A stretch of 20,000 nt of DNA from an uncultured virus (IMG/VR IMGVR_UViG_2061766007_000514) (IMGVR_UViG_2061766007_000514), one strand, 5' to 3'. Shown: positions 1 through 8,917, numbered from the stretch's first letter. A program made the numbers and translations. The notes: generated by a model not told the origin, from the sequence alone.

Positions 1-669
1 TGATGCAACACCGGCGAGCTCAACACTTCGCCAATCCATATAAGTTAAATAACCAGCCCCATAAGACTGATTAAGATTATACATAACCCGTGAGAATTCC
101 GATGCATTCTTACCTGCGTAAGCCGTAGCATTAGCTACACCTATAACCATCGGAATCAGTTTATCAATATCACCACCAGAGGAAGTCATCTGAGCAATAG
201 CTCTAGTCATATCATTAAACCCATAGCTAGTCTCATCAGAGAACCACATGAGTTTATTCAGATATTCATTTACTGCTTCAATAGACTTGCCAGTAGCATT
301 CATGATAGTCTGAACCGAATCAGTCTTATCCTGAAGTTTCTGCCATCCAGCGGCAATATTATCAACGCTTAAAGATTTTACCAATTTAACGCCAGCACTC
401 GTCGCAGCATCAACAATATTATAANNNNNNNNNNNNNNNNNNNNNNNNNNNNNNNNNNNNNNNNNNNNNNNNNNNNNNNNCTCTTCCATTTTTTGCATGG
501 AAAACTTTGAAGCCTCTTTATTTACTTCTTTGATTCCCTTTGCAGCACCTTCAAATTTCAGGTTCTTTTTGAATTCCTTCAAGGTCTTCATGGAAGTAGA
601 TACGTTTTTCTCAAAGTTCTTATTATCGAACTTCATTTCTACTACTCTCTGGTCAACTTCAACGCCCAT
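1..669 (-). CDS. Tape measure protein, N-terminal part (runs off the window; not in the ORF track)
   Basis: ATG at 669 directly after the upstream stop. Hand translation gives MGVEVDQRVVEMKFDNKNFEKNVSTSMKTL... and, after the N-gap, ...SVQTIMNATGKSIEAVNEYLNKLMWFSDETSYGFNDMTRAIAQMTSSG..., typical of a tape-measure N-terminal domain; expected position after the tail genes. Confidence 0.9.
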   Translation of the reverse strand, partial: MGVEVDQRVVEMKFDNKNFEKNVSTSMKTLKEFKKNLKFEGAAKGIKEVNKEASKFSMQKMEEXXXXXXXXXXXXXXXXXXXYNIVDAATSAGVKLVKSLSVDNIAAGWQKLQDKTDSVQTIMNATGKSIEAVNEYLNKLMWFSDETSYGFNDMTRAIAQMTSSGGDIDKLIPMVIGVANATAYAGKNASEFSRVMYNLNQSYGAGYLTYMDWRSVELAGVAS

Positions 670-1047
670 TTATCCACGGACCTCCTTCCACATATCTCTA
701 GCCATTTCATCAAATATTGGCTGCAAAGATGGATTAATATAATCACGGCCCTGAACGTACCCGCCATTTCGTGTACCATGGCCGTATTGTAAAATAATTG
801 CGATAGGAACGCCTTTAACCACGTTCGAATTCTTCCAAATAACACGTACAGCTTCTTTTGATTGTATTACTTCATAGCTCCATGACTCAGCTGTTTTACC
901 TGTATCGCGAGGAGTATTTGCTTTCAGAGCTGCGACTCCCATTTCGCCATACTTATCAAAATTAAAATGGTTAAGCGACCTATCAGCTCTTTTAAGAAAT
1001 CGTTCAGTTTTCAGGAAGTCACCATGCTGACGAAATATAATACTCAT
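670..1047 (-). CDS. HK97 gp10-like tail completion/neck protein
   Basis: Motifs TPRDTGKTAESW, LQYGHGTRNGGYVQGRDYINP; located in the tail module. Confidence 0.8.
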   Translation of the reverse strand: MSIIFRQHGDFLKTERFLKRADRSLNHFNFDKYGEMGVAALKANTPRDTGKTAESWSYEVIQSKEAVRVIWKNSNVVKGVPIAIILQYGHGTRNGGYVQGRDYINPSLQPIFDEMARDMWKEVRG

Positions 1048-1583
1048 CCCATGCTTCCTCTCGCTCTTCTACGCTGTGCATTTAATGCAGCATTCTGATT
1101 CATCGTAGCCTTTTTAGACATCTTCTTCGATGGTGCATTCTTAGTTTCACATACACGGATTAAAGTAAGAAGACGATTAAGATGCCATTTCTGGCATTCA
1201 AATGGAATACCGCAAGCTATCATCCAATAGTAAATAAGCTCATTTGTAATTTTTTTAGACACAGCCGGCTTATTTTTTTGCTCAGTGAACCATGTTGCTG
1301 TCATAGAATCGTTAATATAATCGTTGATCAATTGTATTGATTTATTATCAATTTGATTGTAAATATCAGGATCTATATTCTGGGAAATGGTCATGCAACG
1401 AATATAATCAATCGTTTCTTCTCGATTACGCTCTGTTCCAAGAAAAGGTTTTTTCCATTTCATTTCCCATTTTGAAACGGAGACGAGAGAATGCTCTAGA
1501 ACAAGATGACCGCCTTTAGTCTTAACAAACTCTTCTGTAATTTCATTCCATAATAGGCGCTCTGGTATGTCTAATGTTAACAA
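1044..1583 (-). CDS. Tail-region protein (possible tail assembly chaperone partner)
   Basis: TTG start with AAAGGAGG RBS; motifs LEHSLVSVSKWE and ECQKWHLNRLLTLIRVC; lies between tail tube and tape measure. Confidence 0.65.
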   Translation of the reverse strand: MLTLDIPERLLWNEITEEFVKTKGGHLVLEHSLVSVSKWEMKWKKPFLGTERNREETIDYIRCMTISQNIDPDIYNQIDNKSIQLINDYINDSMTATWFTEQKNKPAVSKKITNELIYYWMIACGIPFECQKWHLNRLLTLIRVCETKNAPSKKMSKKATMNQNAALNAQRRRARGSMG

Positions 1584-1609
1584 ATCTCTCGCCTCCTTTA
1601 TTAAACTAC

Positions 1610-2020
1610 TTACATTTCAATAAGTTTCGGACTTGCTTTATCCTTTTCTACTTCCTCCCGAAGATTCTCAGGAAGAATTCCAGACACAAACGCAGAAGCT
1701 TCAGCCTCATCGGTGACTAACTGCATATAGTAGTCAGAATAAGCCTGTGTCTCTTTAAACTCACGAAGAAGCTCAGGGGATTTCATGAATCGTCTACCAT
1801 CAGGTGCGATAACACCATATGCATTATCCATAATCAGCTCAAAGTACTCCATAATACGAGGAATATCGCGTTTTGCGATAATTTCCTCAAGAATCTTATC
1901 AAGCCCTCCGCTAATAGAATTATACATGTTGGTAAGCTCTGCTTTAGTGAGGTTAAAGTAAAAAGTCTCCTCACGCTGATTACCGAGAAAGTCGGTATAA
2001 GCAATTTTCTTCTGATACAT
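1610..2020 (-). CDS. Putative tail assembly chaperone
   Basis: First gene after the major tail gene; GAAAGGAG RBS; acidic helical 136-aa protein (YTDFLGNQREETFYFNLTKAEL). Confidence 0.65.
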   Translation of the reverse strand: MYQKKIAYTDFLGNQREETFYFNLTKAELTNMYNSISGGLDKILEEIIAKRDIPRIMEYFELIMDNAYGVIAPDGRRFMKSPELLREFKETQAYSDYYMQLVTDEAEASAFVSGILPENLREEVEKDKASPKLIEM

Positions 2021-2043
2021 TGGTATGCTCTCCTTTCAAATTT

Positions 2044-2078
2044 AAAAAGGGGACGCCACTCAAAAAAGCAACGTCCCC
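2044..2078 (-). terminator. Rho-independent terminator after the major tail gene
   Basis: Minus strand GGGGACGTTGCT-TTTTTG-AGTGGCGTCCCC (with G-U pairs) followed by TTTTT, 22 nt after the stop codon. Confidence 0.85.
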
Positions 2079-2099
2079 AATATTTAGAATAAGTTATGC

Positions 2100-2810
2100 T
2101 CAGGTCGGCCAGTCGCCATTCGTGAACAGATAAATGATCTGGTCAGGAGTCGGCAGAGTCGGGCTAGTAGCCTCAGTACCGGAACCAGCATCAGTACCAT
2201 ACAGCTTATCTTCAAGCTTGGCCAGCTTTGCAGCATCAGCGCTCGCAGTAAGCTTGGTAGCATCGATAACCATCGAGGAAGTCGGCTTATAGCCAGTAAC
2301 AGCGACAGGAGTCGTAGTCACTTCCCAAGAGAAGGTAATCGCATCCGGAGAATCGTTGATCGTCTCATAAGAACGCTCGGACGGAGAAGCAGAAGCACCC
2401 CAGATAATATGAATCTTGTAGCCTTCGGTGCTGTTCAGGTCGGTAACAGAGTCGTTACCAACACCAGTCTTATAGCAGAACCCAAAGACCTTACGGGACT
2501 GCTGCCCGATATACACGCCACTCGCAATAGCCGCAGAGCCATCACACTCGGCGAACTCGTCCGGATAAGTATAGGCCTCGATCGTAGCACCGAAAGTCTC
2601 GGCACTACGGAAGGAAGCATACTTCATGTTATCCGCCCACAGATCGGTCGGCTCTGCACCAGACGGACTCTCGGTCACGGTCGTTAAACCGTTCCAAGCA
2701 ACACCAGTGCCATAGTTACCCGTAGTCGGGTCCTTAACGTACAGCACACCATTCTTAACACCGGCTTCAAAGTTTCTAGTGCCGGTAGCATCCCAAACAA
2801 GTCTAGCCAT
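2100..2810 (-). CDS. Major tail (tube) protein
   Basis: MARLVWDATG..GVKNGVLY..GVAWNGLTTVTESPSGAE..WADNMKY..SAETFGATIEAYTYPDEFAECDG; Thr/Ser/Gly-rich; strong codon bias; followed by a terminator. Confidence 0.92.
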   Translation of the reverse strand: MARLVWDATGTRNFEAGVKNGVLYVKDPTTGNYGTGVAWNGLTTVTESPSGAEPTDLWADNMKYASFRSAETFGATIEAYTYPDEFAECDGSAAIASGVYIGQQSRKVFGFCYKTGVGNDSVTDLNSTEGYKIHIIWGASASPSERSYETINDSPDAITFSWEVTTTPVAVTGYKPTSSMVIDATKLTASADAAKLAKLEDKLYGTDAGSGTEATSPTLPTPDQIIYLFTNGDWPT

Positions 2811-3799
2811 TTAGGTATCCTCCTTAAAATATGTGGAATAATCGTAGAACTTATATCCATCTGTTGATGGACGAATACGAATTAATGATGTATTTTGAAT
2901 TTCTTGTATAACTTCTCTAACAGAAGCATGATCATAAGGTAATNNNNNNNNNNNNNNNNNNNNNNNNNNGCGGGGCTCTCTTCATCATGTATAATCGTAT
3001 ATTCAATTCCTGGACGTTTTTGTACTTGAGACTGCGGCGGATTATAATATACTCGAGTTTCAGACTCGCGATGTACAGCTCTAGGTATAGAATCATCGGA
3101 AAACCGAAATGTATCCCAAACCCACAAACCTACAGTATCAATAGCATTAACGAGATAAGGACGAATTTCGTTAACAATACCTAATTCAACAAGATCTTCG
3201 AAAAGAGGTAATGTTGGTGGTGTCGTATCAGTTCCATAAAGGACATCCTCAAACACCTTCATTCCATCTCGTCCAATTTTTCGACTATCAAACGTAATAC
3301 TCGATGCCGGGTACATATTACGATACTTTGCCGGAACTGTGAAAAAATCCCAACCATGAACAACCGCATCTGCACCTTCAGCTATTGTCTTATAAGTCAC
3401 TTCGCCCGGATTCAAATTAATTGCATAGATTACATGAAGAATGTAGTCATATTGGTTAATCAATGATCGATAACATAATCCAAAAGATTTACGATGTTGC
3501 AGATTGACTTTTAAACCAAAAGTGGGTTCTTTCCAGCCATTGCACAATGACAATTCTGATGGATAGTCATACACTTCTATACGACCACTAAGCCCTTCCT
3601 GAGCCCGAATANNNNNNNNNNNNNNNNNNGCAAACAGCCTAGAGAGCTCCCCTCCGGTTGGAATCTCAGTAATAGCTCGAATACCATTCCATGCGACACC
3701 AGGTGCATAAGTACCGTCAAAATTCTGTAAATACAAAACCCCATTAGATACGCCCATATGATAATCGCGCGGAAGAGCATCCCAATTCAGTCTTGCCAT
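2811..3799 (-). CDS. Divergent tail-tube paralog with C-terminal tail-terminator-like extension (spans two N-gaps)
   Basis: ATG 3799 with AGGAGGT RBS. The first ~205 aa align by eye to the major tail protein (MARLNWD..GVSNGVLY..GVAWNGIRAITEIPTGGE..LYGTDTTPPTLP). After the second N-gap an alternative frame (LPYDHASV...YSTYFKEDT*) ends at TAA 2813-2811, abutting the next ATG. Confidence 0.75.
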
Positions 3800-3810
3800 C
3801 GTTTCACCTC

Positions 3811-4128
3811 CTACCAATACAAATCATATACATCATGATTTAGATTGTCGGAAATATAACTACGCGTATGAGCACAGTATGGAATATCGGCAAGTTTTTC
3901 TGCAAAACAACTATCAGGATTCTTATCAATCAAGATCAGAGAATATCTAGTTCTGCGTATATACGACTGGTTATCCGCAAATACCGATGAGTAAGTATTT
4001 CGAGAATAAACAATACAAGGATATGATAATCGCTTATTCTCAGGAGGTTGAAAATAGACGTTTTCACTCTCCATAATTTGCTCAAGCAATTCCTGCAGTT
4101 CAGTCCTCGGTCTCGTTATCGTCTCCAT
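3811..4128 (-). CDS. Tail terminator protein (putative)
   Basis: NVYFQPPENKRLSYPCIVY and DNLNHDVYDLYW motifs; lies before the tail tube genes. Confidence 0.75.
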   Translation of the reverse strand: METITRPRTELQELLEQIMESENVYFQPPENKRLSYPCIVYSRNTYSSVFADNQSYIRRTRYSLILIDKNPDSCFAEKLADIPYCAHTRSYISDNLNHDVYDLYW

Positions 4129-4438
4129 TATACAGACCTCCTAATGACAGAATCAGCCGTGGATACTCCACCTCAACATCAGAGATTTTCCACTTGGCTC
4201 CCATGTATTCTATCCATCGCATTGCATGGAAGTTTTCTCTGGCATAAGGATCGGCTATAATACTAAAACGATTGTTAATATTTACATTATCATTCACCTG
4301 GCCAGATGACTCCAAGCGCCGAGTGTCTCGAATTACTTCAGCATAGCACTTCTTGACCACCTGAACTTCTTCATAAACTCCCGGCGCTGTTTTTTCATAT
4401 GAGGGAGCATAGCCGATTCGTGTGAACAATTTGGCCAT
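4100..4438 (-). CDS. Head closure / head-tail joining protein
   Basis: GAGGTG RBS; NNRFSIIADPYA..MRWIEYMGAKWKISDVEVEYPRLILSLGG beta-rich motif; follows the capsid gene. Confidence 0.75.
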   Translation of the reverse strand: MAKLFTRIGYAPSYEKTAPGVYEEVQVVKKCYAEVIRDTRRLESSGQVNDNVNINNRFSIIADPYARENFHAMRWIEYMGAKWKISDVEVEYPRLILSLGGLYNGDDNETED

Positions 4439-4457
4439 ATTCTCACCTCATTTTGAA

Positions 4458-4883
4458 TTATTCACCCGGTCCGGGTTCTTCGATAGCTTCTTCTTCCTCA
4501 CATACAAGTTCAGTTAAACTATAAGTCTTGGATACGGACTCATACCCAACCTTACTCGCCACGACGGTAATAGTCTGCGAGTCCTTGTCAGCTATACGCA
4601 GTACAGCAATACCATCAGCATCGAGCGTAACTGGATTCGTAACTTTAACGCTAATCGTTACTCCGCTCACATTCGGCACAGACGAATGAATCACAATATA
4701 GTTACCCTTCTGAAGTTCAGGATCACCAGAGAATCCAGTGTAATCATCGACATACTTCAGAGTACCAGTAATAGCATTGTCACCAATGATAATTCCACTC
4801 TGAAGATCCGTTACAATTTTCCCGAACAGATCCTCAGAAGTGGAGATGTCTGCGTCAACCGTCAAGCCGTTTAAGGGTTTGAA
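4458..4883 (-). CDS. Beta-rich (Ig-like) domain, probably a frameshift extension of the major capsid protein
   Basis: No SD before the TTG at 4865; the frame is open back to 4883 and overlaps the capsid end (TCA AAC CCT TAA) in the -1 frame. Confidence 0.65.
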   Translation of the reverse strand, partial: FKPLNGLTVDADISTSEDLFGKIVTDLQSGIIIGDNAITGTLKYVDDYTGFSGDPELQKGNYIVIHSSVPNVSGVTISVKVTNPVTLDADGIAVLRIADKDSQTITVVASKVGYESVSKTYSLTELVCEEEEAIEEPGPGE

Positions 4884-6709
4884 CTAGTGACGTCTTCTTC
4901 CAGAACAATAGCAGACTTGATGCGAATCAGAGCACCAGAACAACGAGTTTCCAGCAGGCTCTTTTCCTGGTTGAAGTCAATATCGAACTGATTGAAGTGA
5001 GTGATCTCGCCACCCTTAGTAGAACCAACATTATAGTCGTTCATGTCAACAAAGATAGCAAGAAGCTTCTTAGTCGCGGCCTCAGTCGTAGCAGTCGCAG
5101 CGATCTCACGGGTCTTGTTAGCAAACTGCTCAACCTCTTCAATTGCGACAACATTCAGCGCTGCACGCAGCTCATCTTTGGTCTTATACATACGATGACC
5201 ATCGCGGTCACGAGCCAGGAGCATGATGTTGATAATATGCGGGTCAGCATACATCGTCAGACGACCGCTTCCCTTATACTGCTCACGCAGATAAAGCGCT
5301 TTCTGGATAATAGCCTCAGCATAGATGAAGTTCTCACCGAAATACTTCTCAGTGTCATCACCCTGAAGCTCTTCCGCCATCTGCTCAAAGTCCACATCAC
5401 CGTGAATAGTGAACAGCTCATCATCAGTCCAAATCGGGCGGATATGGGACGGGAAGATCTTATCCGGATCATCATCTTCACGCTCATCACCGATAAACAT
5501 CGCAAGAGCAAGAGTCTCATTCAGCTGGAGACGATCGATCTTATACTGATATGCAACATAGTCAAAGTCAGTCAGATCAACGATATCATCACGGTTAAGA
5601 GTGCTACGAACATACACAGTCTGCGGATCAGTCGTACGACGAGCCTCACTATACTTACCAGTCAGAGCCTTCGGATGACCCTTAACATAACCCTTAGCCT
5701 TCAGAGTATCGATACCGCGAATATCAACCTGACGGGTACGAATACGGCTAAACGGGGTCTTGTGGACGCCAGACATAACTCTGGTAACCCAACCCTGGTC
5801 ATAAGTGATCAGCTCAGGCTCACCAGGACGAACATCCTTAAACTCAGGGAACAGCAGTGCCAGACTCTCGTCGGTAAAACCAGCAACCGGAGCCACGTCG
5901 TCCTCATCATCATGCTGCAGATAATTCTCAGTATAAGTCTTGAAAGCTTCTCTAAACGAACCACAGCGCTTGGCATCGGTCAGAATCTTCTCCTGATCGG
6001 CATGGCAAATAACATTCCCAGACTGACGCTCATCAGTCTCAAATACATTGTGCTTCACGTTTTCTTCCTCCTCATTTTCATCAACGCCAGACTCTTCAAG
6101 TGCCTGACCAATAAGAGCATACATAACAGTCTTCTGCTCTTCATTCATAGAATCGATAACATCTTTGACAGTCTTTTCGCTGTCATTCTTCTTTTCGTCG
6201 GCCACTTCAGGCTCCTCCTCTTCTTTTTTCTGTTCTTCGGCATGCTGTAATTCAATTGCAGTTTCATTGACATAACCGAATACGCATTCATCTACTTCCT
6301 CGCCCTCACCATGAGCCATGACCTCTTCGATATAAGCTCCAGGATTTGCGCCAGCTAAAACAAGACTCACTTCACGAATCATACCATGAAGTACATCACT
6401 GCCTTTCTGCTGTAAGCGATTAGCATAGATAGACAATCCAGTCACATCACCATGCTGTACAAGAATTTTACCGGCCTGACCAGCTTCAGTGTCATTGAAC
6501 GATGCATAAGCATATACGCCATCTACTCGGTTTTCGAGCAGTGCATGCCCAAGAACATTCATCGGATCACTGTGATCATGATTCCACACCAGAGGAACCG
6601 TCTTACCATCACAATCCTTAAATGCATCCTTCCGGATAACACGACCGTCAGCGCATTTAAGGTCATTGCGAGTGGCATAACCGGCAAAGTCGCAGTTTTT
6701 GCTACTCAT
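4871..6709 (-). CDS. Prohead protease - scaffold - major capsid protein fusion
   Basis: Likely start ATG 6709 (MSSKNCDFAGYAT), overlapping the portal stop. HK97-type protease motifs (PLVWNHDH, GLSIYAN, IREVSLVLAGANPGA), acidic linker, then capsid domain (FDIDFNQEKSLLETRCSGAL). Confidence 0.92.
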   Translation of the reverse strand: MSSKNCDFAGYATRNDLKCADGRVIRKDAFKDCDGKTVPLVWNHDHSDPMNVLGHALLENRVDGVYAYASFNDTEAGQAGKILVQHGDVTGLSIYANRLQQKGSDVLHGMIREVSLVLAGANPGAYIEEVMAHGEGEEVDECVFGYVNETAIELQHAEEQKKEEEEPEVADEKKNDSEKTVKDVIDSMNEEQKTVMYALIGQALEESGVDENEEEENVKHNVFETDERQSGNVICHADQEKILTDAKRCGSFREAFKTYTENYLQHDDEDDVAPVAGFTDESLALLFPEFKDVRPGEPELITYDQGWVTRVMSGVHKTPFSRIRTRQVDIRGIDTLKAKGYVKGHPKALTGKYSEARRTTDPQTVYVRSTLNRDDIVDLTDFDYVAYQYKIDRLQLNETLALAMFIGDEREDDDPDKIFPSHIRPIWTDDELFTIHGDVDFEQMAEELQGDDTEKYFGENFIYAEAIIQKALYLREQYKGSGRLTMYADPHIINIMLLARDRDGHRMYKTKDELRAALNVVAIEEVEQFANKTREIAATATTEAATKKLLAIFVDMNDYNVGSTKGGEITHFNQFDIDFNQEKSLLETRCSGALIRIKSAIVLEEDVTSSNP

Positions 6710-7940
6710 TTTGATTTTTATCCTCCTCTTCTTCGCTCGTCCGGTCATTTGATTTATCCGGATCGGGGTCTGGCATATTACTATTACGAAGTTCATCCGC
6801 CCTTGGATCATCCGACGGTTTCAAACCAATAATCTGACGGAACTCATTACTGGACATAATTTCATTACGCGTCATCTTATCTGCAATTTCTGCCAGAGTA
6901 TTAACTGGGACAAGTTTGAATGGATCACGGAAGAACATTATATCCTGTCCACGAGTTCGAGCCGCCTGAGATAAGAATTTTCTCTTCATTTCATCACAGA
7001 TTGCAGAAATGATCGGCTCTATCGTTCTAGTATAATAGTTCATCATAGCTTCATCGGTTGCAGTACCATCCATGATCGCCTGTGTAATACCTAACTGGCT
7101 GTAAAGCATACTCGTAAGATACTCCACTTGACTCATTAATGTATTATCTACAGCACGATTAAGCTGTGTGATCTTTTCAGTCCCATCTGTATAAGCGATT
7201 CCATACTTGGATCCGCTTAACTGCCGTTCGATGTCCTTACGTCGTTCTTCAGCCTGATCTCGTTTGGTCTGAGTCTTAACAACATAAGGCAATTGAATAA
7301 TCAGATCCAGTTTCCCAGAACTATTATTCTCATCAAGAATATCTAAAAGATTAAGTTTACGAATTAATCGCTGCATCGTCGAGTTCGGCTCATTCATTAC
7401 TGAATAAAACGGATTCTCAATGATTGCACACATAGTTTTTGGAAGTGTTAAATCCTGTTTGCGTCCGGTTTTTTCATTGTATACACGCACCATAACATGC
7501 TCTGGATACCAATTAACTATCTTTGCTGTTCGCATTGATAAAATATCATAAGCTCCAGGTGAAATGTCCTTGTCTACATCTGTATCTGTATCAACCGGNN
7601 NNNNNNNNNNNNNNNNNNNNNNNNNNNNNNNNNNACGGCCAGTCTGATCAAGATTAGCAGAAAAACTCAGGCAGTCATTTAAACCAGAATTAATAATTTC
7701 TTTAAATCTTCCATTATCATCTATACGTACATGATGAACAGCTATAGAGGCAGCATCTGTAGCAATTCGATTATATACAGAAGTTACGATAGTCCGCTCT
7801 GTCCCTCGAGATAAGCGAATACGATCTGGACGATAGTAACTTCCACTAATATAAGTAGGTTTACCGATAGTTTCGGTAGGACTTCTACTTCGGAAAACAT
7901 TCCAAGCATTACGAAGCCTGGAAATAAGAGAAGTTTCCAT
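6702..7940 (-). CDS. Portal protein
   Basis: About 412 aa directly upstream of the protease/capsid gene; IVTSVYNRIATD, GKLDLIIQLPY, YYTRTIEPI, NEIMSSNEFRQIIG; contains one N-gap. Confidence 0.92.
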   Translation of the reverse strand: METSLISRLRNAWNVFRSRSPTETIGKPTYISGSYYRPDRIRLSRGTERTIVTSVYNRIATDAASIAVHHVRIDDNGRFKEIINSGLNDCLSFSANLDQTGRXXXXXXXXXXXXPVDTDTDVDKDISPGAYDILSMRTAKIVNWYPEHVMVRVYNEKTGRKQDLTLPKTMCAIIENPFYSVMNEPNSTMQRLIRKLNLLDILDENNSSGKLDLIIQLPYVVKTQTKRDQAEERRKDIERQLSGSKYGIAYTDGTEKITQLNRAVDNTLMSQVEYLTSMLYSQLGITQAIMDGTATDEAMMNYYTRTIEPIISAICDEMKRKFLSQAARTRGQDIMFFRDPFKLVPVNTLAEIADKMTRNEIMSSNEFRQIIGLKPSDDPRADELRNSNMPDPDPDKSNDRTSEEEEDKNQNE

Positions 7941-7975
7941 ATATAATCTCCCAAATTTGAAGGAGGTAACCCAGA

Positions 7976-8284
7976 TTATTCAGTGTATTTCTTTAAATAC
8001 CACTGGATTCTAGCTGCTCTCTCCATATGTGCTTCATGTAAATAATCGTAGAATGCCTGCATAGCAGGAGGAGGATCTCCTTCTGTTTCACGATATGCTT
8101 TAATAAGTTTTACAATGGCGTTATGAAGATCATCCATATGGCCCATTTCATCTTTTGCATGTTTGTAAAACATATCAGAAATATCAGGATACTCATCCTT
8201 AACTCGAATGGCTTCTTTTATATATTCCTCGGCCCCGTTCAGTTCATCCTCGATCATTGCAGAAATATCTTTGATGATCTTCAT
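7976..8284 (-). CDS. Small helical ferritin-like-superfamily protein (cassette gene D)
   Basis: AGGAGG RBS; IEDELNGAEEY and DEMGH (ExxH) on successive helices, plus a His-rich third helix (YLHEAHMER). Confidence 0.6.
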   Translation of the reverse strand: MKIIKDISAMIEDELNGAEEYIKEAIRVKDEYPDISDMFYKHAKDEMGHMDDLHNAIVKLIKAYRETEGDPPPAMQAFYDYLHEAHMERAARIQWYLKKYTE

Positions 8285-8305
8285 CTGTTAACCTCCTGTG
8301 ATAAA

Positions 8306-8333
8306 GGGAGAAGAAGATTATACTCCCTCTCCC
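8306..8333 (-). promoter_or_regulatory. Intergenic RNA hairpin between cassette genes C and D
   Basis: Minus strand GGGAGAGGGAG-TATAAT-CTTCTTCTCCC; 11-bp stem with two G-U pairs valid only on the minus transcript; short TTT tail. Confidence 0.6.
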
Positions 8334-8340
8334 ACCTTGA

Positions 8341-8858
8341 TTAGCCANNNNNNNNNNNNNNNNNTACTTACCCAGCATAGTCAACAGATACTGAGACTGA
8401 TTATCCGCAGTAATCTGATTCTGCGCAGCATTAAGAGCAAACTGCGTATCCTGGAGACGATCCTGAAGCATCTGAGTCTTAATAGCGCAGCAACACTGAT
8501 CCAGATTGTAGCCAAGCTGAGCAATAGCAGCACCCTGCGTTGCAAAGCCCTGATTAATCGCCTGCGTGATCTGGTTGAAGCCCTGAATAGCGTTCACGCC
8601 AAGAGTATCAATCTGGCGAGCAACTTCATAATTGTTATTAGCACTGGAAAGAAGAATAGCCTGCTGATTCATGCCGCTAGTCTGAGCAGCAATGGCAGCG
8701 CTCAGATCTGCCTGAGTAACAGCATCGCCACGACCGCCCCAAGCACCATTCCCACCGAGAAACAGAAACAGAACGATAAGCCAGATCAGTCCATTACCGC
8801 CCATGTTGCCATCACCGAGTGCAGCCTTGATGTCACTGAGAGAGAAATTAGAATCCAT
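8341..8858 (-). CDS. Gly-rich membrane / coiled-coil protein with CCC motif (cassette gene C)
   Basis: AAAGGAG RBS; hydrophobic GLIWLIVLFLFLGG segment, Gln/Ala/Asn helical body, DQCCCAIK. The true stop is probably TAA at 8343-8341 after the N-gap (the track's extension to 8244 crosses the gap). Confidence 0.7.
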
Positions 8859-8887
8859 TGTTACATTGCTCCTTTGTAAAAAATTTA

Positions 8888-8908
8888 AAACAGCTCAATG
8901 AGCTGTTT
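8888..8908. promoter_or_regulatory. Perfect palindrome / hairpin between cassette genes B and C
   Basis: AAACAGCTCA-A-TGAGCTGTTT; followed on the minus strand by T-rich sequence and then the gene C RBS. Confidence 0.6.
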
Positions 8909-8917
8909 CATGCAAAA

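Noticed and set aside
1581..1660. Lambda G/GT-type frameshift between the two genes after the major tail gene
   Set aside because: No X-XXY-YYZ slippery site at the end of 2020-1610; the second gene has its own AAAGGAGG RBS and an in-frame stop at 1619-1617
4997..6250. 417-aa plus-strand ORF antisense to the capsid gene
   Set aside because: Shadow ORF expected from strong codon bias of a highly expressed gene; no RBS or protein-like features
8298..8879. 193-aa plus-strand ORF antisense to cassette gene C
   Set aside because: Ser/Leu/Ile-rich shadow frame that crosses an N-gap; the minus-strand gene has the RBS and coherent motifs
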